Shown here one piece after another: positions 15,601 to 27,400 of a DNA stretch of 64,000 nt. How positions within the stretch are numbered: the first letter of the stretch is position 1; the number at the start of each line of letters is the position of its first letter. The notes beneath the pieces were generated by a model, which did no database searches, was not told the DNA's origin, and was given only the letters and a program-made list of their open reading frames with translations. Location: IMG/VR virus record IMGVR_UViG_3300042483_000521, one strand, 5' to 3'. Made by a program: the position numbers and the translations under genes. This DNA is from an uncultured virus (IMG/VR IMGVR_UViG_3300042483_000521). Taxonomy: Duplodnaviria; Heunggongvirae; Uroviricota; Caudoviricetes.

Positions 15601-18462
15601 TTTGTATTCATTCTCGTATCTCTCAACTAACTTTTCAATCTTCTTATTAAGAAGTGTAACTTGAGCGATTAAAGGTTTAACATTTCTTTGTATCTGAAGT
15701 CTTCGTATAGATCCAAATAAAGCATTTAGTGATTCTTTCTTTTCTCTACTATCATTAGGATCAGCTTTTTGCTTCTTCAACATACTGTACATGTCATTTA
15801 ATCTAGATAGGAATTTATCTAGATTTCTACTTCCAGTAAGTTCATCAGGAGTTGCTACAGGTAAGAGATACATTTCATCTTCCTCAACTTTAGTAACATC
15901 TACATCACCTATCTTGATTCCTGTCAATCTAGGTTCTTCAATTATAGCACCTTGCTTGTCCTTCTTACCTTTTGAGTATTTTGCAAGAATGGGAATCATT
16001 CGTGTTTCCTTGAAGTTTGCTGGTTCTACACCATAGTTCTTAGTAAGAATCTTCTTGTACTGATTCATTTGAATGTTCCAAGATTCAATCTTATACCAAG
16101 GCACATCAGTATAGAAGTCTGTGTTCAAGCTCATAAACTTCCAGTCAAGGATGTTCACACTCGCATCAGGTTCAATTGCTAAAAAGTCTATTGTACCACC
16201 AACACTTACACCATCGTAAATAGTAACCTCAGACATGAATCTTGTCTTAGCTGGGTAGGATGCAAGTCTTGCTTCTATGTGGTCTCTAATAGATAGGTAT
16301 ATATCCTGATCTCCTGTAAATGATTGATGGTTATCAGCTAGTTTATTTTCATTTCTAATTGTACTATCTTGAATAAAATATCCGTCCTCATCAGTAAATA
16401 GTTTGAACGCATGTTGAAAGTCAGCATGTCCAGCTGTTCCTTTTTCCTGTCTTAAGTCGTCAAGAAACTGATCGTATTCATCTTTAGGAAGATTGTTTGA
16501 CTTCTTCCATTTTTCATAAGAACCTTTTGCAAAGTCTGATACACGAAACTTAATTTCCTTACCATCTATAAAGTATCTCTGTTCACCTTTATCATTAAGT
16601 TTTGGCTCACCAATTTTATTAGAAATGCTTTTGATAAGGTCATAAACTTTTTCTTGTTGAGACTGCTGTAGAAATGTTGCATCTTCAGACTCTCTAATAT
16701 CAGCTGCTGTTCCAATGTCTTTTCCAGAAATGACATCAATAGCAGCTTGATCAAATCCTGACTTTTGATAGACAAGAGACTTCAACCACTCAAGAATATT
16801 CAACCACCAAGATTGAGCCTTCAATACATCGTCTTTACTTTCTCTAGTATTTTCAACTTTGGAAATGATTGTGTTAACTAAAACTTTTGCAATAGCTTCT
16901 TCCTTGATTTTAACAACATCAGGCTTTCCATCCTTTTGATAAAGTGGACTATTACCATATGTTTTAAAAACTTGGTTGAGCATATCATATCCATTAATCT
17001 CTTTCATAAGCTTTTGATAAAGCTTAGGGTTGGTTTGCTTGATAATGGATACAGCAAAGTGCATGGCTTCTTCTGGAAGAGCCTGTGCTTCTTTTCCTTC
17101 TACAACAGATATAAGTTTTTGCATTAACTGGGCAGCACCATTAGCATCTTGTGTTTGCCCATTAACACTAATTTTCTCCAACAACTTTATGTCAACACCA
17201 ATTTGTTTTATAAAGTCTTTAATTAATGCTAGAGTTTTTGGAGAAGCTGACGATGGTAAAGTTCTATCATCATTGACTTGTAACATTGGTCCAGACTCGT
17301 AGAACTGTCTTTGCATTTCAATTCTACTAAACTCAGTGTCCAAGATTTGTGAAGCAACAGACATTGCCTGATTATATAAACTAGGATTTGAATTCAGTCC
17401 TAGAATATTAATTAGGTAATTCATGATTTCCTCAAATAGGTTTGTGTATTTGATTCCATCAATTGGTGGTACAGATTGTAGAGCTGTGATGAATTTTGCA
17501 TCTGTAAACAATCCTACAATAAATTCATCTATTGTATAGTTTGCGTAATAGCCAGTTTTTGACTGACCATCATATTTACCAAGTGATTCAATTGCTGCAT
17601 CGTAAAGCTTCTCAAAGTCTCTACGAACTGTAGTATCTTCTCTAAGGGCAAAGTATGTGAATGCGTGGAGAATCTCATGTAGAAGTACAGTTTCAGATAA
17701 TCCATTTGCCACGTTTGCATTTTTAGCAATGAATATTTTATTCTTTGCAACGTCAAAATATCCTCTAGATTTTTCAACGCCTGGAGCAATATTTTGAAAG
17801 TGTGTAGTGTCAACTAACTCTACATCAACATTATTTATTTGAACAAAGCCTTTTAGTTTCTGAGCAACTTCTTTGAGTGGGTGTGATGAATTGCTTATTT
17901 TATTCAATATGGTTCCCACTTTGGTAACATTGCCATTTGGGAAATACTTAACACCAATTTTTATGTCAGGTCTTCCTACAGGTAATGCTTCACCTTTGGA
18001 TGCTTTAATCTTTACAATCTTTCTATTAGAAACCTTAGTGTTTACTATTTCAAATATATCTGGATGATTACTAGCAAGACGCTTCATCATCTCATAGTTT
18101 GGAGTGAAGACAGTCTTTAACTGCTCACTTGTAATAGCTAGAGATCCTCTGTTCGTAAATCCAGAGGTGATGAAGTTTGTATCGCCCAATGTGTGTATTA
18201 CACCTTTCAATAACTGTTTGATAGTCTTCTCTGAAAGTCTTGGGTTTTCACTAAGTATATAATTTATCTTTGATTCAATTGTTTTTTTATCAGACATGTA
18301 CCAATCAAGGAATTCCTTTTTTGTAGGGATATAGAATTCCCCATCAGGAAGGAGCTTGACTCTTTTTGAGTATGATCTTACGAACACCTCTGCTAAGCCT
18401 GCTCCATATTCCTTCTCAAGAACCTTGAAGTTCTTATCGTTTTTATTTACACAACTGATCAT
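12637..18462 (-). CDS. Large virion cargo (ejected) protein with zincin-like and PD-(D/E)XK nuclease-like domains
   Basis: LLHEILHA (HExxH) near 17670, degenerate EEAMH near 17070, and KGTAGH...SEVTIYD..GGTIDFL...ILDWK...QMNQY near 16050-16450. Coupled (TAATG) to the RNAP gene, as for crAss-like large cargo genes. Confidence 0.7.
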   Translation of the reverse strand: MISCVNKNDKNFKVLEKEYGAGLAEVFVRSYSKRVKLLPDGEFYIPTKKEFLDWYMSDKKTIESKINYILSENPRLSEKTIKQLLKGVIHTLGDTNFITSGFTNRGSLAITSEQLKTVFTPNYEMMKRLASNHPDIFEIVNTKVSNRKIVKIKASKGEALPVGRPDIKIGVKYFPNGNVTKVGTILNKISNSSHPLKEVAQKLKGFVQINNVDVELVDTTHFQNIAPGVEKSRGYFDVAKNKIFIAKNANVANGLSETVLLHEILHAFTYFALREDTTVRRDFEKLYDAAIESLGKYDGQSKTGYYANYTIDEFIVGLFTDAKFITALQSVPPIDGIKYTNLFEEIMNYLINILGLNSNPSLYNQAMSVASQILDTEFSRIEMQRQFYESGPMLQVNDDRTLPSSASPKTLALIKDFIKQIGVDIKLLEKISVNGQTQDANGAAQLMQKLISVVEGKEAQALPEEAMHFAVSIIKQTNPKLYQKLMKEINGYDMLNQVFKTYGNSPLYQKDGKPDVVKIKEEAIAKVLVNTIISKVENTRESKDDVLKAQSWWLNILEWLKSLVYQKSGFDQAAIDVISGKDIGTAADIRESEDATFLQQSQQEKVYDLIKSISNKIGEPKLNDKGEQRYFIDGKEIKFRVSDFAKGSYEKWKKSNNLPKDEYDQFLDDLRQEKGTAGHADFQHAFKLFTDEDGYFIQDSTIRNENKLADNHQSFTGDQDIYLSIRDHIEARLASYPAKTRFMSEVTIYDGVSVGGTIDFLAIEPDASVNILDWKFMSLNTDFYTDVPWYKIESWNIQMNQYKKILTKNYGVEPANFKETRMIPILAKYSKGKKDKQGAIIEEPRLTGIKIGDVDVTKVEEDEMYLLPVATPDELTGSRNLDKFLSRLNDMYSMLKKQKADPNDSREKKESLNALFGSIRRLQIQRNVKPLIAQVTLLNKKIEKLVERYENEYKNKDWSEVGNDEQVEEIKSAFLKELDDAEFAMKTYIDINRSLREVVKDDNDLYNELLKISDVASTYEEKLENINKEFVAESVAKPEGFMNFLSPEKLISWLNRWFSSTSTVQIKSVQLLFRKANKALGRASYMTEDANRKLLEVKERFLSWANSKGLSQKELFSYIKKKDENELIDQYDPEFYKQLSKAIASSDIEWMKENLDLEGVREELEKEKEKEYTYIKNKGGREGDIEQQAVDIAREQRQADRKYNIDNDSSLGWYLRDSLRKHPKKDVWETEEWKRLNSPENAPAKEFYDYIIEQNDKFADLKYISKKEARVFLPFVRSSMIEAALTGKELSLGDRFFRSISVDEGDIGFGQRDEDGQILNTVPIYFTTKFNDGDYSEDLFRNMAIYNEAAFRYKYLVQVEDQVRAIAKVERNKQTIATSLLGRAQFDEFNQLQYNKVGSAGSLTNVELLDSMIKAIVYGQKYVDNAQLDAALFKIGGWGKTINEKIGIKVFPENLEGRQVTLNKVVESLNSSFSLVTLGFNAGSSISNLFGGTAQSVINAGKYFNKTDIVGAEFQIFTNKFNGEDKNKYLKALAYFQPLTDNYNREIAKQLSVNVVTDQGVQDIIMIAMQSADRAVQTANFYAFLKNTVVVDGKVVNAREYLRSLPEYQGRFKGTTEDRAQYDQKFEQDVKKLIEEKGVMKLAKVENGEFIIPGVDRLSNSVLDVRRKVQQLSKDALGNLSEDDLRAINLNIIGKSFMVFKNWIPRPIDVRLGGLKYNSASEAYEWGRMRMIMSIIYKNIASNRDGLWGLLSGNDKGMDLIRRSFEMKNQEHFRETGEYLQMTEDMFIELFQSNVKAMATDMIFLTTLLVLTTQIIPAMAPDDDEDKAVVNQHKFVSKIGDKLLDELMYFYNPTSILNLVGSGPFPAFSLINNAVKTIGGTLDELYGVLTSDDERIEKAKPLKYFLRTFPITNQIVGYLPMFYPDIAKDLGIRMQSNYGIR

Positions 18463-21400
18463 TATAGTCTACACATTAACATTTCTATAAAGGTTCGCTC
18501 ACTAATTTCTGTTGGTAATTCATTATACTCAGAAATAATGTCTTGCAAAGAACCTAGCTTTAGCTTTTCGTCAGGAGTCAAGGATTCGTAGAAACTTCTA
18601 ACTCCTGATGCTGGTGCGTTAGATTCAGTAGACCAAGGTACGAAGCTTTCTTGACTTTCAGGAATGTAAGATGGTTCAGATTGAATTTCTTGTGAAGAAT
18701 AAAGCTCATCAGTACCAGCCTTTCTAGTAAAGACAAATGCAATCTTTGATGCTCTAGATAATCCAACATATTTCAACTGCTGTCTTTCGATAGCATATTT
18801 AACATCTCCATCAGAAATAACTCTGTTGTTTGCTGGGTTCTCCATGTTCTCATAATCATCAAAGACATACTGGTAAGTTGATCCTTGTCCTTTGTGAGAA
18901 GTTACAGCATAGCCATAGTCAATATTCTTAGCAAGCATTGGTCTTTCTGAAGTTGCAGTTTCTTCAAATAGAGTTTTTCCTGTTTGTCTATTCACTTTAA
19001 ATAACTCTGGATTCTCTTGTTTCAACTTAGGAAGAGTTGTAATTTTTCCTTTATAGCTAATCATGTCAGCAGGTAGCTGATAAGTGTTGAAGAAGCTTTC
19101 AAATTGATTAAGAGGATCTTGTCGAAGTTTCCAAGGAATTGTTTTATCATTCAATACCTTTTTGAATGCCAGCACTCGCTCCATGAATTTAAGGTTTCTA
19201 TCATCATTAGGGTTAATGATGAACACATCAAGTGGTCTAAGAAGAGCTGTCTGACCTGTATCATTTAGTAACTGCTCATCTTCTTTAGAGAACACTCTTC
19301 TCATTTGAACCTTATATCCAGAAACTTTCTCTTCAATGTTGAAGTATTTGTTTCCAACATTTCCATCAAACACTTTTACATCTCTATCAGTGATATACTG
19401 ACTCTCCAAGATTTTGTAATCCTGACCATTGTGAACGTTAGGTGTCTGACCAACTTGCTCATATCCCATCATGATAGATCCTACACCATAAGGTGAAAGT
19501 CCTAATTGAGACTGGATTAAGTTGTTGTAGTTAGCAACAGATGCATTGGTGTAAGTGAGCACCTTAGCGTATGTAGGATCTTCTTTATACTCAGGTGATT
19601 TGAAGTATTGAAGCATCTTGTCATTGAATGACAAGTAATCATTCGTGAACTCTACACCTTCTCCTCTACCATTTACATTAGTGCTGAAGCTAAATCTGTC
19701 AACCACTGTAGTTAGATTCTGACGAATGTTCGTAAGAATATCTAACAAAGGATTGTCTCCTTGCTGACGCATCACTTGAGTGAGTTCTACACCATCCTCA
19801 GAAGATGAGAACTGTAGAGCTTTACTCAATTGACTGCTTCCTACAGGAGGTAGTTGAGCTGGATCACCCATGAATATAACGGTTGTTCCTTTTCTCTTTG
19901 CTAGTCCCATCAATAAGTTATAGTCCTGTGCATCAATCATTGAGCTTTCGTCAACAATTAACACTCCAGAGTATGGCATTTTATCTTTTGGACCAGCAAT
20001 GAAGTCACCATCTTCTCCTTTAATTTTATTCAATAAACTTGCTGTTGTGAAAGGCATTGTGTTAAACACTTTACCACGAAGTAATTGAATTAGCAAATTG
20101 GTATTTGCCTTATGTGTAGGAGATGCATAGCTTACATCTTTGAATGATTTACTATTCTGTAAATATTCTCTTACGAATTTAGAAATAGTTGACTTACCTG
20201 TTCCAGCATACCCTCTAAGAACAAACTTTGTCTGGTTCTTTTTGATTGCATTTACAGCAAGTTGTAAAGCTTCTTTCTGTTGTTCATTAAGAGTGATGTT
20301 TCCTGTATTGATTACAGTGCCATCCTCAAACTTAAACGAGTTTCCACTAACCACTTCAGGTGCTTCCTCTTCTTCAATAAATGCATCTTCTGCAAAGAAT
20401 GGTTTGTTGCTCTGTGGGTCAACATTTGGATTTGCTGTATATGCATCAAGAAGCTTTTGTTTGGCATCTTCCTTTCCTTTGTAACCTTCTACATCAATTG
20501 CTTTACCATCTTGATCAATTACAATGTTGTAAAATCTTCCAAAGTATTTGAATGGCTTTGTTGTAGTGAACTCAACTTCTTCAACTTCTTCAACAGGAGT
20601 TGCAGCTTCTTGAACACCGTTTATGTAGTTTTCAAGTCTCTGAAGTTCTTGTTGTAAAAACTCATATGTTTGAGGAGCTCTTGTAGGAAGCTCTGCTAAG
20701 CCCACTCCTAGTTGAGGAATTATAAGTTTATTATACTTACCAGTGCTCCATGCAGCAATTGCTTTATCAATATCATCTTTGATGATTTTTTTATTTACAT
20801 CAAGTTCTGCATCAGTTTTGTAAGACTGTTCTGAATTAGCTGGTAATTTTTTTGTTGATACGCCAATTGCATTAGGCTCATTTCTCATTTCTTTAGCCTG
20901 ACCAGCAAGACCTTTTCTAGAATCATTGTCTCCAAATAAATACAATGTTTTAGGATTAGCTCTCAATTCTGATCTATTAATCATTCTTGTAGTGCGCTCA
21001 ACCTTACTAGTAATAGGTGTTACAACTTCTGGAACAGGAGCTAGCTCAGCTGCAACATCAATTTTCTCAGCTGTTTCAAGAGGATTGATAACTTCATTAT
21101 TTACAAATGCAATTATGTCACTATTTTGAATCTCCTTATCAACCTTGTAAGTGTTGTTGTTTATTGCAGAAGGCAGTCCATTTGTTTTGTAAATCTTAAC
21201 AAGATCACCATCTCCATACAAGTTCACCATTTTAAAATAGGTGTTACCTTTTTCATCTTCTAATGGTGCTCCAGCCAAATCTTTTACCTTTTGGTATCCA
21301 ACAATTTCTGATTTTGACAACTCACCATTTAGGACAAGCTTTTTGAAATTATCGTATGACATTGGGTTTTTCTCCCCAGTGATATCAATAATATATCCTC

Positions 21401-24400
21401 TAGCATATTGGTATCTAGTTACCTTCAAGAAGTCCATGTTAGAGTGATTAAACTTGTCATACTTCTTAGAAAGTCTTAACACTTTACCATTACCAGGCTT
21501 GGCTCCAATTTCTTTCATTGTAGCAAATCCTGAAGATTTATAATCAATATTTCCTTCAGTCACATTGTATCTTGGACTAAAGAAAGGAACCACCTTATCG
21601 TCAGAGAAATTAGTTCTGAAGAAAGCACCATTCCTAGAGAAGTCCTTGATATTCTCAAATGAATAATTTGAATTAATCACTGGAGCAATAATCTCAGCTC
21701 TATCTTCTAGAGGAATAACTTTATTGATGTTGATTTTTGTTTCATAGGTTCCTTGTAACAAGTTAACCAATAACAAGTTGTTGTAAAACTCAGGCTCATA
21801 AGCCTTAAGTTCTCTCATCAATCCAATATATCTATTTACAGAAGCAGCATCTTTTGGTTTAACCTTCAGTGAAACAGTTACTGCACCACCCTCGTGATTA
21901 GAGAATCTAGGTTCAAGGTTTGATAAGAGTTCACTACTTGGATACTTGTTCTGCAAATTTGCAAGTTGTACTGCAATATTATTCTTACCAATCACTAGGT
22001 CATCTATAATTTCCTTAGAGAATCTAGTAGACTTGTTTTGTGTAAGGTAATCAATGAATGAAGTTTTAACCTTTCTAGCCACTCTATCAAAGTCATCGAT
22101 TGACATGTACTCATCGTTAACAAAAGGTTTCATCACCTCATCTATCACGCTATAGAATACATCTGCATCTAGCTTGAATATTGCACTCAATGCTTTCACT
22201 TCTTCAATGATCAATCTTTTTTGATCACCAATGAATGTTTGTTTGAATACATCATTGATTGAAGAAATAATATTCTTCTCTTCAGCAGTTTCTGTTCTAG
22301 CAACCTTTCTAAGTACACTCTCAGTGGTTCTTACACGAGTGGTGTCATAGTTGTATGCCTGAGTGAATTTAAAGCTATACTGACCCATCTTAGAGAGTCT
22401 GAGGAACTCATTAAGTACAGCTCTCTGCTTAAGATTAAATTCATCATTTCTCTCAGCTGTTATATCAATAGACGATAGTAGGTTTGCTTTTGATTTTTCA
22501 AAATCTACCAATCCTGTATTCTGATCTACAACAAAGTCTTGCTTCAAGTTGTAGCTCTTACCAAATTCTATAGGATACATAGCATCTATCTCTGCGATAT
22601 TATTTTTAGAGAATAGTGATCTACTACCAATTCTATCAAGATACTTCAAGTAGTCGATGATAATAGGTTGATTTAAGAAGTATGGTGTAAGTTCACCAAC
22701 ACCTATGCGTTCCATAAACATTGCTGTACTAACAACCAAGTCGCTTCTCAAGATCTTCATGATGTATGGATCTTTTGCAACGTCTACGAATGCTGTAGCA
22801 TATCCAGATAGTCTGTCTGATATGAACTCGAATACACTCTTACCTTCTTTATCTTTCTTAGAATAAGCAGTGGTTCTACCACCAAGAGCAATCATCTTCT
22901 GACCATCTACCTCTACAGTATTGTGAGGGACAGCAAGAGACATGTCTCCTAAGAAGCTAGCATCGTATGCATCTATATCATTAAGTCTTCTTGGATCTAG
23001 ATAAGCATTGATCTTCTGTGCAATGGAATGTCCTGTAATATTAACAGCAGCAATACCCACCCACTTCTTACCAAGTAAGAATGCATGTCTGAGAGATGTT
23101 AAGAATGTCTTTGATAGAAGTTTATTCTTAAACGTAGCTTCTTCATCTTGTCTAGCTTTATCAAGTTCTTTAGCAACCTCTGGTAAATTAGCATCACCTA
23201 CAGGAGTTAGTAGTCTTTCAAAGTTTTCAGGAAGAGTAACTATTTCTTGAAGTAGTTCAAAGTATCTATTCTCAAGAGACTTCTTATACATCAAGTCTAC
23301 AAAGTCTTTTTTCATAGACTCGCTTAACTGCTTCTCTGTTAGCTTTGTATATTTATCAGCCAGTCTACCTATCTGATCACCAATGTAGTCAGAAGGTTTT
23401 TGCTTTTTAGAAACAGCAACATTGATAATGTTATTAATCGTCTGCTGTTTTTTAGTATAGAATTTGGAAAGTTTATCACCAAGAACAGATTTCAATGCTT
23501 CACCAGTCATTGATGAAGGGTCTTCTATAGATTCAAGAATTTCAAAAACATCAATCAAGTTGTTTCTAAACTCATCTCCAGATTCAATTTTGTCTATTTC
23601 ATTTTTGATCTGCTCATCATAAACTTTTGCATAGAAGTCCATAGTAGCTTTTTTGCTACCCTTGTACTCTATAAGTTTTACGTCTCCATTCTGATCAACA
23701 TAAACTGCTTTCAGATACATGTTGAGCTTATCAATATCAAAGTCAGATCCTGCTTTCTGTACAATCTCAGAAGGAACAACAACTGTAGATCCCATAGATG
23801 GATGTAAGAATCCCTTAACCTTAAATACTTCTGTAGAAGAAGCTGCTTGGTGAGGAATACGAAATCCTATACCAAACAAGATTTTTTGGTTCTCTGGTTT
23901 ATTAAGATATTCTAGAATTTGCTCATCAGACATTCCTTTAAAGTATCTCTTCCAGAAGTTTGGAATCATTACTTCAATGTGTCTTTCTCCTGGCTTATCT
24001 TCATAGAACTTAAGAGTGTCACTGGAAAGTAGGACACTTTTCTTGTTTTCATCAGATAGTTTTTCGTATTCATCTTTACTAATCTCTACGTATCCATCTT
24101 TTGTCTTTCTTAGTATTCTTCTTCCCTTGTCTCTATTCTCCCAAAGTGTAGCTGCAACCTGTACGTGAGGTTTACCCTCCATTGGTGGAGAGATCAATGA
24201 CTTGTTTATTATTGAAAACAATACACTTCTAATGTCTTCGTATGCAGAAGAAGCTTCGAATGGAATTCCAAACTGACCATTCTCATTCAAACGAATTGTA
24301 TCGATTACGTTTTCAGAAGCTTCTCTTCTTAGAAGTTCGTATTCAAGAGTTTGAGAAACTTTCTTAGCATCTTTAATTCTATATAAATCACCCAAGTCTT

Positions 24401-27400
24401 CAATTCCAAGATTCTCTAAGAACTTCTCATACTGGAACTGGTGGAACTCATCGTGAGTTTTTGTAATATCATCATACAATTCTTGTGCGCCATCCATAAC
24501 AGACTTGCCATATTGGAACATATCCAAAGATGCGTTCTTCATTGGTTGGCTACCTCTAGTCTGTTGCTTGCCTTCTTCGTAACTGTTTTCAACTTGAATA
24601 CCATAAGTACTCCATGCAACATTCTCAATAGTGTTACCACCAAAGTTTGAAGAGTTAAATGTACCATTACCATTATACACATTGTGTGTATCTCTCACAC
24701 CCTCTTTTCTACCAGATCTATACACAACATATCCTACACCCTCTTCTAACATTTGAGTGTATAGGTCTTGTAAATGAGTGCCTTCAATTGCTTTAAAGAA
24801 CAATGGCATTTGAGAGAACTTATCAATGGTTCCTTCAATTCTACCAAGTTCTGGTTTTGCTCCAGATACAATTGGCTTCAATACTTCTAGAACATAATAT
24901 GGTTCTGGTTTCTTAATCAGAGCTGCGTCATGATTTTCAAGTGCTGAGTTCTTGCCATAGTTGTATACAAACTTTCCATCAGCTTTCTTGATTTTAGAAA
25001 GCTTCTGTCTAGTGTATGCCATTTGCCATTGATACCAATTCTCAGCTTCTTTTGGCCACTCAGCATTCTTCCATTTAACTTCTCTGAATGTTCCTATTCC
25101 AATAAGAGAGAAACCATCAGATTCTTTATAGTTACCAAATGAATCTAAATATCTAGACTGAGGAGTTGGATCAGTTAATGTTACTGTCTTTACATAAGAG
25201 TTAAAGTTGTGTCTGGTGATATCATTTCCAGATAGGACAATATCATCAGTAACTTTATTGTATTTCTTATTCAAGAAATCATTTGCTGCCTCGCTATCAA
25301 ATGTTTTTCTTCTTGGAGAAAGCCATGATTTAATACGCTTGGTTTCTTCAAGATTACCATTCTTAACTTCGAACTGATAAGGATCACCAAAGATGAACTT
25401 GTGAAGTTCAATGTTGGCAATCATTTGATTCATATTAAGGAATGACAAAAACTTATTGTAATCTTCATTACTGATTTTATTCTTGTCAATCTTATTTTTC
25501 TCAGCAAATTCTGAATCAAGATATGAGAAGTCAACGCTGTTCTCATCAACTTGAGAAACCTCACCAGTAGATGTTAGTGCTTTGTTAAGCTTATCATTTT
25601 GATATGCTATAGTTTCTCTAATAGAAGATTCCACCTCACTCTTATTATCACTAAGAATCTTAGAGATTTCTGCAAGTGCTTTTTCTTTAGAAAGTTTAGT
25701 TTTTGCAATTACACCTTCAATACTTTTTACTAATGATGGGCTTAGAATTTCTTTAAAGAAACGAAGCTCTTTAGCTCTGTCTCCTACAGCTGAAAGTTTG
25801 CTTCTGTTTCTCCAGTCTAGAGCAAGATTAATTTCGTCATCTAGATAGGAGCGCATTATATCAAAGAACTCAGAGTCACCTATCTCAGTGTTTGTATTTT
25901 CAAACTTGATCTGGTTACCAATGTTGTAAGTTCTTTCTGTAGCAGAGTCTGCTGGTACAAGAATGTAATAGTTTCCTTTTACGTTTTGATTTATCTCTAC
26001 GCTGAATCTTTCTCCTTCTGTTAATCCAGAAACAGTTGTTCCACCATCTTCTTCAGAGATGCCATCTACGACACCAATCTTTAGAATCTTACCTTTGATT
26101 TTGTTACCTTCTTTATCAAAGAATAGTCCACCCTTCTTGATGATTAAACTATTCTGTGAGAAAGCGTCTTTTAGTTCAGGACGCTTTTTAAATAACTCAT
26201 CAAGTGTCTGTGCATCATTGAAGTCTTCTTCAAATACAGACACAGCATTGCTATCTGAATAGTTTCCAGTTCGTTTGTTCTCAACATTGAATCTTGTAGT
26301 ATCTTGATCTGGATTTAAAGAATCAACATACATTACAGCAAGCTTAGTGATTGAGCTGTCTGCACCTAAGAATTTTTTAAAGTTTGCTAAGTTCTTACTT
26401 CCGTATTCGTAAATTCTGTTAACCGCATCTACAAATTCATCTTCGTTTGTAATTGCTGCACCAGGAAATGTAATACCTATGTTTGCTAGAAACTCAAGTC
26501 TCTCAGTATTTGTAGAAGGTCTCTTCTTAGGATATTTAGAATGCTCAGTGTCGATAAAGAAGTTTTGATTCTTCTGATCAATGATTGAACCACCTTGTCT
26601 ACCAAGCACCTTAATGTTAGAAAGCCAGTTGTACTTCTGTACATTGATTGCTGATGACTTGTCTGCTGGCTTAGTGATAACACTTACACCCTCAGGACTA
26701 GCTGTTCTTTCCTCAACAGTTGCATCTGGTCTACTCTTATTAAATGCTTGAACAAATTGGATGTATAATCTCCAATCATTGTCTGTGAAGTTTCCAAAAT
26801 CAAATAGTTCTTCAGCATCTTCAGCAGACATGTTACCATTCAATGATCGAGCAACTCTATAGTAGTTACCATCATTCTTGTACAGCTCCATCAACTTTGC
26901 TGGAATCTTTGAAATAGGAGTGTTAGAAAGTTTGGAAAGTAGCGTAGCAAATGTTCTATTGAAATTAGAAAGAACAGGAAGACCCACTGCACCAGTTTTC
27001 AAAGCAGGCAAACCTGTTTCTGGATCTAGCTCACTCTTACTAGCAGAAGGTAATGTAGCTAGTATATACTTGATAGCAAAACTAGCGTTCTTCATCAAGT
27101 CCACTTCAAATGCTTCTGGGGAATACAATCTATTGTTTCCTTGCTCATCATTCACTGATAGTAGAGAATCTGTATCAATGTTAACACCTAATGGTCTTAA
27201 ATTATCAACGCTTCTCAAGAACAGCTCATTGAATAGTTTGTCACCAAGAGCTTGTAAGTTACCAGTCCCTTCGTAAATATTTCTAATAAAATTATAAACC
27301 TCAGTTCCAGTTACACCTTTTATATTAAATACGTTAGCAACAGTATCATCATTTCCTCTGTTCAATAGATATCCAGATGTACTGATAACCATGTCCTGAA

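Noticed and set aside
16050..16450. Cas4 gene indicating a CRISPR system
   Set aside because: It is a PD-(D/E)XK domain inside a cargo protein, without the Fe-S Cys cluster, an array or other cas genes.
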